64,000 bases of DNA from Bacillota bacterium (GTDB taxonomy: Bacteria; Bacillota; Clostridia; Christensenellales; Borkfalkiaceae), in contig JAHZBZ010000006.1 of assembly GCA_019423125.1 (NCBI GenBank), positions 42,404 through 106,403 of the forward strand. Reading direction: 5' to 3'. The notes below the pieces were generated by a model. It saw only the letters and a program-made list of their open reading frames with translations. It was not told the origin of the DNA and did not search any database. Made by a program: the position numbers and the translations under genes. Position 1 is the stretch's first letter. Every line of letters begins with the position of its first letter. Shown piece after piece: positions 17,764 through 25,932 of the stretch.

Positions 17764-18036
17764 AGCTCATCATTTTCCCCCTTATCATATTTGGGTCGGG
17801 CGCAAGCCGCAAGGCTGCGCGTCCGATTCACCGCTCACAATGCGGACGAAAGTCCGCTTCCCATACAGCTCATCATTTTCCCCCTTATCATATTTGGGTC
17901 GGGCGCAGACCGCAAGGCCGCGCGTCCGATTCACCGCTCACAGTGCGGACAAAAGTCCGCTTCCCATACAGCTCATCATTTTCCCCCTTATCATATTTGG
18001 GTCGGACGCAGAACCGCAAGGCTCTGCGTCCGATTC
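17764..18036. repeat. Tandem repeat family A, 103-bp unit x2.65
   Basis: AGCTCATCATTTTCCCCCTTATCATATTTGGGTCGG... restarts at 17764, 17867 and 17970. Confidence 0.9.
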
Positions 18037-18039
18037 CTT

Positions 18040-18409
18040 TTTCCGCGTTTTTTCAGTCCGCCGCGCCGAAAGAAAAAGGTCCGACCGAAAGGGCTGGCAA
18101 ATTTCCACGTTTTTTCAGTCCGCCGCGCCGAAAGAAAAAGACCCGCCCGAAAGGGCGGGCAAATTTCCGCGTTTTTTCAGTCCGCCGCGCCGAAAGAAAA
18201 AGGCCCGACCGAAAGGGCTGGCAAATTTCCGCGTTTTTTCAGCCCGCCGCGCCGAAAAAAAGACCCGCCCGAAAGGGCGGGCAAATTTCCGCGTTTTTTC
18301 AGTCCGCCGCGCCGAAAGAAAAAGACCCGCCCGGAAGGGCTGGCAAATTTCCGCGTTAATTCAGTCCGCCGCGCCGAAAGAAAAAGACCCGCCCGAAAGG
18401 GCGGGCAAA
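18040..18409. repeat. Tandem repeat family B, 60-62-bp unit x6 (hairpin-containing, terminator-like on the minus strand)
   Basis: TTTCCGCGTTTTTTCAGTCCGCCGCGCCGAAAGAAAAAGACCCGCCCGAAAGGGCGGGCAAA restarts at 18040, 18102, 18164, 18226, 18286 and 18348. Confidence 0.9.
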
Positions 18410-18410
18410 A

Positions 18411-18442
18411 AGGGGCGCCTCTTTTGCGAAAGAGGCGCCCCT
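18411..18442 (-). terminator. Strong hairpin; intrinsic terminator for metF-metH
   Basis: AGGGGCGCCTCTTT-TGCG-AAAGAGGCGCCCCT (14-bp perfect stem), followed on the minus strand by TTTTT. Confidence 0.65.
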
Positions 18443-18444
18443 TT

Positions 18445-18612
18445 GATATTCCGGCGGTTTACCGATATTTCAGTTGTCTGGTGATATTTCGTCGGTTTGG
18501 GATATTTCAGCTGTCTTGTGATATTTCGTCGGTTTGGGATATTTCAGCTGTCTTGTGATATTTCGTCGGTTTGGGATATTCCGTCGGTTTTGTGATGTTT
18601 CATCGGTCTGCG
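18445..18612. repeat. Direct repeat family C, 9 copies of GATATTYC-N11 at 18-19-bp spacing (iteron-like)
   Basis: GAT(A/G)TT begins at 18445, 18464, 18483, 18501, 18520, 18538, 18557, 18575 and 18594. Two alternating subtypes give a 37-bp higher-order unit. The last copy overlaps the metH stop codon. Confidence 0.85.
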
Positions 18613-21002
18613 GGGGAGGGGAAGACCTCCTGCGCGAATCTTACGCTCGCGTTCGCGTCCTTGCAGTATCGGTCCGCGCCGATCTTTTTTGCGTAGTCGG
18701 CATTGAGCACGGCGCCGCCGACCATCACGCGGCAGTCGGGGCATTGCTCGCGCAGGAGTTTTATGGTCGCCTCCATTGCGGGCACGGTGGTCGTCATCAG
18801 TGCGGAGAGCCCGCACAGGCGCACCTTTTCCTCCCTGCAGCATCGGACGATCTCCTCGGGCGGGACGTTTTTCCCCAGGTCGATCACGCGGTAGCCGTAA
18901 TTTTCGAGCACGGTGCGCACGATGTTCTTTCCGATGTCGTGTATGTCGCCGTGCACGGTCGCGAGCACGATGATGCCGCCCGTTGCGCCGCCGCCCTGCA
19001 GGCACTTTTTGACCTCCGCAAAGCACCCCTTCGCGCATTCCGCGGCGGAGACGAGCTGGGGCAGGAACAGCGTGCCCTTTTCAAAGGCGTCGCCCACCTC
19101 GTTGAGCGCGGGGATGAGGTAGTCGTTGACGACCTCGAGCGGGGGCACCTTTTTCAGGATGTCCGCGCACAGCTTCGCCGCGTCGGGGGAGCCTTTCCGT
19201 ATCGCGAACATCAGCGCGCCGCGCTCGTCCGTCGCGCCTTCCTGCGCCGCCGCGGGGGCAGGCAGTGCCGCGCCGATCCGCTCGCCGCGCGCGGGCACGG
19301 GCGCAAAATTCGCGTACCGTTCGGAGAATTCCGCGCAATTCGCGTCCTTTCCGCTCAGCGTGCGGTATGCCGCGACCGCCTGCATGTTCTCGGGGATATT
19401 GGGGTTGAGGATGGGCAGATCCAGCCCCGCAAACAGCGCCGCCGTCAGGAAAGAGGAGTTGACGATCGCGCGCGCGGGCAGGCCGAAGGAGATGTTGCTC
19501 ACGCCGAGCACGGTGCGCACGCCCAGCCGCTTCTTCACTTCGCGCACGGCGCGCAGCGTCTCGCGCGCCTGCGCCTGTTCCGCGCTCACCGTCAGCGTCA
19601 GGCAGTCGATGAACACGTCCTCGCGCGGGATGCCGTATGCCTTTGCGGCGGCTACGATCTTCTCCGCGATCGCGACGCGCTCTTTTGCGGTGCGCGGGAT
19701 GCCGCGCTCGTCCATGGTCAGCCCGACCACGGCGGCGCCGTATTTTTTGACGACGGGCAGCATCGCTTCGAGCACGCGGTCCTCGCCGTTGACGGAGTTG
19801 ACGATCGCCTTTCCGTTGCAGGCGCGCAGGGCGCGCTCCACCGCGTCCGCCTTTCCGCAGTCTATCTGCAGGGGCAGATCGCACGCCGCCTGCACTTCGT
19901 ACACGAGGCGGGGGAGCACCGCCGCCTCGTCCAGCTCGGGAAGGCCCGCGTTGACGTCGAGGATGGCCGCGCCCGCCTCCGCCTGTTCGATCGCCTGTTC
20001 GCGCACAAAGGCGTAATTTTCGGAAAGGAGCGCCTGTTTCATCGCCTTTTTGCCCGTCGGGTTGATGCGTTCGCCGATCACGCGCACGTCGTCGATCTCG
20101 ACGAGGCGGGAAGGGGAGCACACCGCACAGCGGGGGCGCGCTCTTCTCTTTTTCGGCTTGCGCCCGCCGATCAGCGCGCGCAGTTTTTCAATGTATTCGG
20201 GCGTGGTGCCGCAGCATCCGCCCAGCACGCGCACGCCCATGCGCAGGAACTCCCTGCACGCGTCGCAAAATTGCGCGGGCGACACGTCGTAAAGCAGGTT
20301 TTCGTCGGGAAGCCCCGCGTTCGCCTGCACGATCACGGGCTTGTCCGTGTATTCGAGGATGCGTTTGACCACGGGCACGAGCGCCTGCGGCCCGAGCGAG
20401 CAGTTCACGCCCACGCCGTCCGCGAGCGGCGAGGCGGCGAGCGCATAGCAGGCGGGGTCGCACCCGACGAAGGTCCGCCCCGTGGCGTCGAAGGTCATCG
20501 TGCACAGCACGGGCAGGTCGCAGTGTTCGCGCGCCGCGAGAAGCGCCGCGCGCAGTTCGCCGAGGTCGGACATGGTCTCGATGAGCACGAGGTCGCACCC
20601 GTCCTTGCCCGCCTCCACCATCCGCGCGAAGGCGTCGTATGCCTGTTCGAAGGTCAGCTCGCCCGCGGGCGCGAGCAGTTTTCCCGTGGGGCCGATGTCC
20701 AGCGCGACGAACTTGTCCTTCGCCGCCTCGCGCGCGATGCGCACCGCGGCGCGCACGAGTTTGTCGGAGAGGTCTGCATCGCCCGTCTTGACCGCGTTCG
20801 CGCCGAAGGTGTTCGCGGTGATCACGTCCGCGCCCGCCGCGGCGTATTCCTCGTGGATGGAGCGGATGAGTTCGGGGCGCTCGAGGTTGAGCAGTTCGGG
20901 CAGTGTGCCCGTCTTGTCCGTCTTTTTTTGCAGGACGGTGCCGAACGCGCCGTCGAAGAGCACGATGTTCTCGCGCAGAAATTGCGAAAAATCCATGTTC
21001 AC
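18600..21002 (-). CDS. metH: Methionine synthase MetH (homocysteine-binding + pterin-binding + B12 cap/B12-binding domains; no C-terminal reactivation domain)
   Basis: The N-terminal Hcy S-methyltransferase domain is followed by VIGERINPTGKK (pterin-binding) and HGDIHDIGKNIV (DxHxxG). The 800-aa protein ends right after the B12 domain. Confidence 0.95.
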   Translation of the reverse strand: MNMDFSQFLRENIVLFDGAFGTVLQKKTDKTGTLPELLNLERPELIRSIHEEYAAAGADVITANTFGANAVKTGDADLSDKLVRAAVRIAREAAKDKFVALDIGPTGKLLAPAGELTFEQAYDAFARMVEAGKDGCDLVLIETMSDLGELRAALLAAREHCDLPVLCTMTFDATGRTFVGCDPACYALAASPLADGVGVNCSLGPQALVPVVKRILEYTDKPVIVQANAGLPDENLLYDVSPAQFCDACREFLRMGVRVLGGCCGTTPEYIEKLRALIGGRKPKKRRARPRCAVCSPSRLVEIDDVRVIGERINPTGKKAMKQALLSENYAFVREQAIEQAEAGAAILDVNAGLPELDEAAVLPRLVYEVQAACDLPLQIDCGKADAVERALRACNGKAIVNSVNGEDRVLEAMLPVVKKYGAAVVGLTMDERGIPRTAKERVAIAEKIVAAAKAYGIPREDVFIDCLTLTVSAEQAQARETLRAVREVKKRLGVRTVLGVSNISFGLPARAIVNSSFLTAALFAGLDLPILNPNIPENMQAVAAYRTLSGKDANCAEFSERYANFAPVPARGERIGAALPAPAAAQEGATDERGALMFAIRKGSPDAAKLCADILKKVPPLEVVNDYLIPALNEVGDAFEKGTLFLPQLVSAAECAKGCFAEVKKCLQGGGATGGIIVLATVHGDIHDIGKNIVRTVLENYGYRVIDLGKNVPPEEIVRCCREEKVRLCGLSALMTTTVPAMEATIKLLREQCPDCRVMVGGAVLNADYAKKIGADRYCKDANASVRFAQEVFPSPADR

Positions 21003-21874
21003 GCCTCAGAGTTGAGTTCTTTCAGGATAGGCGCGACGCTCTCGGTGATGCGCCGCGCGACGTAGGTGTTGTTCATGACATAGAGGTGCACGCCGCGCAC
21101 GCCCGCGGAGAGCAGGTCGACGATCTGGTCGACGGCGTAGGCGATGCCCGCTTCGAGAAGGGCGTCGGGCTTGTCCTCGAACCGCGCGATCATGCGCGAG
21201 ATCTTTGCGGGGATCTTCGCGCCCGAGAGGCGGATGATGCGCTCGACGTGGTTTTTGCGCACGAGCGGCATGATGCCCGCCTGCACGGGCACGCGGATGT
21301 CCGCCGCCTGCAACAGGTCGGCGAAGCGGTAGAAATCCTCGTTGTCGAAGAACAGCTGGGAATTGAGGTGGGTGACGCCCGCGTCGATCTTGTATTTCAG
21401 GTTGCGCACGTCCTGCGCGAGCGAGGGCGCGTCGGGGTGTCCCTCGGGATAGCAGGCGCCCGCGATGTCGAACCCGCCCTTTTCGCGGATGTAGGCGGCG
21501 AGGTCGGAGGCGTGCGCGAAGTCCTCGGAGAGGGGCGCGCCTTCGATGCGGTCGCCGCGCAGCGCGAGCACGTTGCAGATGCCGTTTTCGCGCAGCTGGG
21601 CGAGCGAGGCGTCCACCGAGCGCTTGTCCGCGTTGATGCAGGTCAGGTGCGCGAGCGGCTCCACGCCGCAGTCTTTGACCGCGCGCGCGATCTCCGCCGT
21701 GCGGGAATTGCCGGAGCCGCCCGCACTGCACGTCACCGAGATGTAATCGGGGCGAAGGTCTGCAAGCTCGCGCACGGTTGCGAGCACTTTGTCCACTTCC
21801 GTCGTCGGCTTGGGCGGGAAGATCTCGAAGGAATAGACCGCTTTTTTCCGATCGAAGAGCTGAGAGATGACCAT
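20999..21874 (-). CDS. metF: Methylenetetrahydrofolate reductase
   Basis: YSFEIFPPK, SVTCSAGGS and HLTC motifs. GGAGGA lies 8 nt upstream of the ATG at 21874. Overlaps the metH start by 4 nt. Confidence 0.9.
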   Translation of the reverse strand: MVISQLFDRKKAVYSFEIFPPKPTTEVDKVLATVRELADLRPDYISVTCSAGGSGNSRTAEIARAVKDCGVEPLAHLTCINADKRSVDASLAQLRENGICNVLALRGDRIEGAPLSEDFAHASDLAAYIREKGGFDIAGACYPEGHPDAPSLAQDVRNLKYKIDAGVTHLNSQLFFDNEDFYRFADLLQAADIRVPVQAGIMPLVRKNHVERIIRLSGAKIPAKISRMIARFEDKPDALLEAGIAYAVDQIVDLLSAGVRGVHLYVMNNTYVARRITESVAPILKELNSEA

Positions 21875-22024
21875 GTTTTTGTCCTCCGCGGGCACGCCCG
21901 CGCTGTTTATTTCCATTTATTATACATGAAAAGCGCCGCGAACGCAACTTTTTTTAAAAAAGTTCTATTCCCGCCCGTCGCAGCATAAAATAGAATCACA
22001 CAACAACAGAGCGGAGGATTTGCC

Positions 22025-22750
22025 ATGAGTGACACCATCGACTATGCGGAGATGCTCGAAATACCCGTCAACACGCTGAACGTGACCAAAAAGCGCAGCC
22101 GCAAAAAGAAGGAAGAGGACCTCAAAGAACAGGTCGTCGAAAAAGTGAACGAGCGCGCCCGCGCGCAGGAGGAGAACGTCGTGGACTACGGCGCCCTCGC
22201 CGAAAAGAGCGCGCCGCCCGCAAAAAAATTCCTGGAAAACAAGCTCCTGCTCGCGGAATTCGTCGCGGTGCTCGCGCTCTGCGCGGGCATTCTCCTGACC
22301 AACATCTTCTATCCCGCGAGCGCGATCAACACCTTCTTCCGCGGCATCGTGGAAGGCATGCAGACGGAAGCGGTGGACGAACGCGATTACACCGAGCTCG
22401 AAGCGGGCTCGATCGTGCGCGACGAGAGCATCGCGTGCACCGTCACCGACGCGGGCGTTCTCACCTTCACGGGCACGGCGAGCGTCTATGCGCCCTGCGC
22501 GGGCACCGTCGAGCGCGTGAGCGAATCGGGCGGCACGTACACCGTCGAGATCCGTCACACCTCTTCTTTTTCCACCGTGCTCTCGGGGCTGACCTATTGT
22601 TACTATGCGGCGGGGGAGGAGGTCCTTCCCACCATCCCCGTCGGGTATTCGGACGGGAGCGCGGCGGTCAACGCCTCGCTGTACGACGACGGGTCTCTGA
22701 TCCGCTCCTATTCGGTGAGCGAGACGGGGGACATCGTCTGGAATGTCTGA
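22025..22750 (+). CDS. SpoIVFA-like membrane protein with degenerate M23/LytM domain
   Basis: Single TM (LLLAEFVAVLALCAGILLTNIFY). The C-terminus is M23-like (YAPCAGTVERVSESGGTYTVEIRHTSSFSTVLSGL) but I could not see the catalytic His motifs. Lies directly upstream of, and overlapping, spoIVFB. Confidence 0.55.
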   Translation: MSDTIDYAEMLEIPVNTLNVTKKRSRKKKEEDLKEQVVEKVNERARAQEENVVDYGALAEKSAPPAKKFLENKLLLAEFVAVLALCAGILLTNIFYPASAINTFFRGIVEGMQTEAVDERDYTELEAGSIVRDESIACTVTDAGVLTFTGTASVYAPCAGTVERVSESGGTYTVEIRHTSSFSTVLSGLTYCYYAAGEEVLPTIPVGYSDGSAAVNASLYDDGSLIRSYSVSETGDIVWNV

Positions 22751-23606
22751 CGAAAAGCGAAAAAGAGCGCGGCGCGCCTTCGGGGTGCACCCGCTCTTTC
22801 TTCTGTTCGGCGCTTATTACGCGCTGACGGGCAGGGCACTGCTCTTTCTGAGCGCGACCTGCGCGGCGCTTCTGCACGAGGCGGGGCACGCGCTGTACGC
22901 GGCGCGCATCGGCTGCCGCCTGGACAGGGTGTGTCTGCTTCCCTGCGGCGCGATCGTCACGGGCGACGTTCAGGGCATCTCCCTCTCCGACGAGATCCGT
23001 CTCGCGCTCGCGGGGCCGTTCGTCAACGCGGTGTGCGCGTTCGGCTTTTTTGCGCTGTGGTGGGTCTTTCCCGAGACCTATCCCTATACGGACACGGCGG
23101 CATACGTCTCGCTCACGCTCGCGCTCGTAAACCTTCTGCCCGCGCTCCCGCTGGACGGCGGGCGGGTGCTCCGCTGTCTGATCGCGCGCAAAAAAGGGGA
23201 GGCGTGCGCCCGCCTCTGGCTTCGCGTGAGCGGCGTGCTCGTCGCGGCGGCGCTTCTGGCGCTGTTCGTGCTGTCGCTGTTTTCCGAGCCCAATTTCACC
23301 CTCCTGTTTTTCCCGCTGTTCGTGCTCGCGGGCACATTCACGGGCAAGGACTGCCGCTACGAGCGCATCCGCTACGACTTCTCGCGCGAGTTAAAGCGCG
23401 GCGCGCCCGTGCGCAAGATCGCGATCGGAAAGGACTGCCGCGTGCGCAGGATCCTGCCCTTTTTGCAGAGCGGGAGCCTGCTCGAGCTGGAAGTGACGGA
23501 CGAAAACGGGGAGTTTTTGTGCGCGCTCTCGCAGCAGGAAGTGCTGGAAATGCTCGAAAAGGCGGACATTTACCGCCCGATCGGGGAGTATCTGTCCGAT
23601 ATGTGA
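22743..23606 (+). CDS. spoIVFB: Stage IV sporulation intramembrane metalloprotease SpoIVFB (M50 site-2 protease with C-terminal CBS-like domain)
   Basis: HEAGHAL (HExxH) and NLLPALPLDGG motifs within TM segments. Confidence 0.8.
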   Translation: MSDEKRKRARRAFGVHPLFLLFGAYYALTGRALLFLSATCAALLHEAGHALYAARIGCRLDRVCLLPCGAIVTGDVQGISLSDEIRLALAGPFVNAVCAFGFFALWWVFPETYPYTDTAAYVSLTLALVNLLPALPLDGGRVLRCLIARKKGEACARLWLRVSGVLVAAALLALFVLSLFSEPNFTLLFFPLFVLAGTFTGKDCRYERIRYDFSRELKRGAPVRKIAIGKDCRVRRILPFLQSGSLLELEVTDENGEFLCALSQQEVLEMLEKADIYRPIGEYLSDM

Positions 23607-23635
23607 CAAAATCCTGCCGAAAACGGCACAAAAAA

Positions 23636-23700
23636 ATGCAAATGTAAAAATGCAAATGTAAAAATTTGCCGTTGACAAAAGGCAAAGCGGATGTTATACT
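23636..23700 (+). promoter_or_regulatory. Promoter of the LytTR two-component operon with upstream direct repeats
   Basis: ATGCAAATGTA occurs at 23636-23646 and 23650-23660. Then TTGACA (23672-23677), 17-nt spacer, TATACT (23695-23700). Confidence 0.45.
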
Positions 23701-23781
23701 TATCAGCAAAGCGGCGCCCTGCCCCGCCCGAAGAAGCGGGGCAGGGCGCACGGGAGAAAACGCGGGAAGAAGGGAAAAATC

Positions 23782-24495
23782 ATGCAGGTCGTCAACATCG
23801 CCGTCGTGGAGGACGAAGAAAATTACAGAAACACGCTCACGGAATACATCCGCCGCTTTCAGGAAGAGGAGGGGATCCGCTGTCCGATGCACGTGTTCAA
23901 GAACGGGATGGAATTTCTCGTGGATTTCAAGCCCGTCTACGACGTGGTATTCATGGACATCGAGATGCCCGTGATCAGCGGATTGGAGACGGCGAAGCAC
24001 ATGCGCGAGACGGACAAGGAGGTCAGCCTCATCTTTGTCACGCGGATGGGACAGTATGCGATCAACGGCTACGAGGTGGGCGCGCTGGACTTCATCCTCA
24101 AACCCGTGGGATATTACAACTTCTCCCTCAAGCTGAAAAAGGCGATCGCGGCTTCCCGCAGGACGGGCAAGTGCATCAGCGTGGGAAACGGGGAGAACGT
24201 GCGAAAGGTCAACCTCGGCGAAGTGCTGTACATCGAGGTGCTCAACCACGAACTCGTCTATCACACGGCGGGCGGGAACATCTCTGCACGCGGCTCTCTG
24301 TCCGAGCGCGAAAAGGCACTGGAAGGGGACAATTTTTCCCGCTGTAACAACTGCTATCTCGTCAACATGAACAAGATCGCAGAGATCAGGGGCGTGACGC
24401 TCCTGCTCGAAAACGGCGAAGAGCTCGCCATCAGCCGTTCGCGCAAGGCGGCTTTCCAGGAAAAATTCATTGAGTTTCTCGGAGAGAAGAGCTGA
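23782..24495 (+). CDS. LytR/AlgR (LytTR) family response regulator, AgrA-like
   Basis: REC domain (VVEDEE...DVVFMDIEMP) plus a C-terminal LytTR domain (FSRCNNCYLVNMNKI). Confidence 0.9.
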   Translation: MQVVNIAVVEDEENYRNTLTEYIRRFQEEEGIRCPMHVFKNGMEFLVDFKPVYDVVFMDIEMPVISGLETAKHMRETDKEVSLIFVTRMGQYAINGYEVGALDFILKPVGYYNFSLKLKKAIAASRRTGKCISVGNGENVRKVNLGEVLYIEVLNHELVYHTAGGNISARGSLSEREKALEGDNFSRCNNCYLVNMNKIAEIRGVTLLLENGEELAISRSRKAAFQEKFIEFLGEKS

Positions 24496-25760
24496 TGTTT
24501 GCGACCGTACTGCAATTCGCGTTTTACTATCCGCTCAAGGTCATCGTATTTTTGCTCTTCTTCACCGTGCCGCTCAAGCGGCGCAAGTATTTTTATTTCC
24601 GCGCCGCGGGCTTCGGCGTCCTGTACATCCTCTCCTTTTTCTTCATCCCGATCACGCAGGGCTCTCTCTACAACGTCGTGCTCTTCACCCTGTCCATGCT
24701 CTGGATGTTCGCCTGTTTCAAGAGCACGGTGTACGCGCTCATCTACACGGCGGTCGGCGCCTTTGCGGGCTATCACATCTCCCGCTATCTGTTTGAACTT
24801 CTCAGCATCCCGCTGGACATCCCGTCCGCGGGTTTTGCGGACTTTTTTTTGTCGCTGTCGCTCTGTTTCTTCGTCGCGGCGGTCTGTTATTTTTTGCTCG
24901 TGCGCAAGGTGCGCGACATCTACATGATCGGTGACGTCAGCATCCTCGTCAACTCTGCGATCATCCTCGGGCTGACCATCATCTGCGGCGAACTCATCCC
25001 CGAGGGAAAGGACACCGTCAACATTCTCTACTACGTCTATGCGGTCGTGAGCTGTGCGCTCGCGCTCAACGTGCAGTACGGGCTCCTTCGTCGAACGGAG
25101 CTCGAAAACGAAAAGAAGAGCATGGAAAACCTGCTCAGCCTCGAGCGCAAGAACCAGGAGGTCTCCCGCCGCAGCATCGAGATGGTCAACATGCGCTGTC
25201 ACGACCTCAAACACCAGATCGAGCTGCTCGAGAGCGAAAAGACGGATTCCCGCCGCCGCGATCAGCTGCTCGGCGAGCTGCGCCGCACCGTCTCCGATTA
25301 CGAGAGCGTGTTCAACACGGGCAACGAGGCGCTGGACACCGTTCTCGCCGAAAAATCCTTTCTTTGCAAGAAGAACGGCATCACGTTCAGCTATATCGCG
25401 GACGGAAAGTCGCTCGCCTTTCTCTCGGACGTCGACGCCTACACGCTTTTCGGCAACGCGCTGGACAACGCGATCGAGGCGGAGCTCAAGGAGCCGGACC
25501 CCGAAAAGCGCATCATCAGTCTCTCCGCGTCCAAGGTATGCGGCTGTGTGCGCGTGCGGGTGGAGAACCACTTCGAGGGCGAGCCTGAATTCCGCGACGG
25601 CCTTCCCGTGACGACCAAGGGCGGGGAGGGCGTCCACGGCTACGGAACGAAGAGCATCCGTTACATCGCGGAAAAATACGGCGGGACGCTCACGATGGCG
25701 GCAAAGGACGGGATGTTCACCGTCAACATCCTGTTCCCGCCCTCCGCGCAGGCGCAGTGA
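24495..25760 (+). CDS. Sensor histidine kinase, AgrC/HPK10-like (GHKL ATPase)
   Basis: Six to seven N-terminal TM segments, H-box MRCHDLKHQIELL, N-box FGNALDNAIEA and G-box GYGTKSI. Confidence 0.8.
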   Translation: MFATVLQFAFYYPLKVIVFLLFFTVPLKRRKYFYFRAAGFGVLYILSFFFIPITQGSLYNVVLFTLSMLWMFACFKSTVYALIYTAVGAFAGYHISRYLFELLSIPLDIPSAGFADFFLSLSLCFFVAAVCYFLLVRKVRDIYMIGDVSILVNSAIILGLTIICGELIPEGKDTVNILYYVYAVVSCALALNVQYGLLRRTELENEKKSMENLLSLERKNQEVSRRSIEMVNMRCHDLKHQIELLESEKTDSRRRDQLLGELRRTVSDYESVFNTGNEALDTVLAEKSFLCKKNGITFSYIADGKSLAFLSDVDAYTLFGNALDNAIEAELKEPDPEKRIISLSASKVCGCVRVRVENHFEGEPEFRDGLPVTTKGGEGVHGYGTKSIRYIAEKYGGTLTMAAKDGMFTVNILFPPSAQAQ

Positions 25761-25932
25761 AGGCGACGTGCAAGTTACGCGCGCAAACGCATGGGTTGCG
25801 ACAGGCGGGCGGGGAAGTGCGCAGTCTCGCTGCCGTTTGCGCCCCCGCGCGCACTTGCGCGCGCTCATGTGGTAGAATAGAATTGCGAATCGGACGCGGG
25901 TCGGTCCCCGCGTGTTTTCAGAGGGAGAAATT

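Noticed and set aside
18040-18409. Regularly spaced ~61-bp repeats that could be mistaken for a CRISPR array
   Set aside because: The whole 60-62-bp period is repeated nearly identically, so there are no unique spacers. There is no leader/cas context in the window, and the units contain terminator-like hairpins. This is a tandem repeat, not a CRISPR array.
23607-23781. An AgrD-like autoinducing pre-peptide ORF upstream of the LytTR system
   Set aside because: The only ATG-initiated frames are 2-codon artefacts inside the ATGCAAATGTAA repeats. There is no SD and no hydrophobic/Cys-containing peptide.
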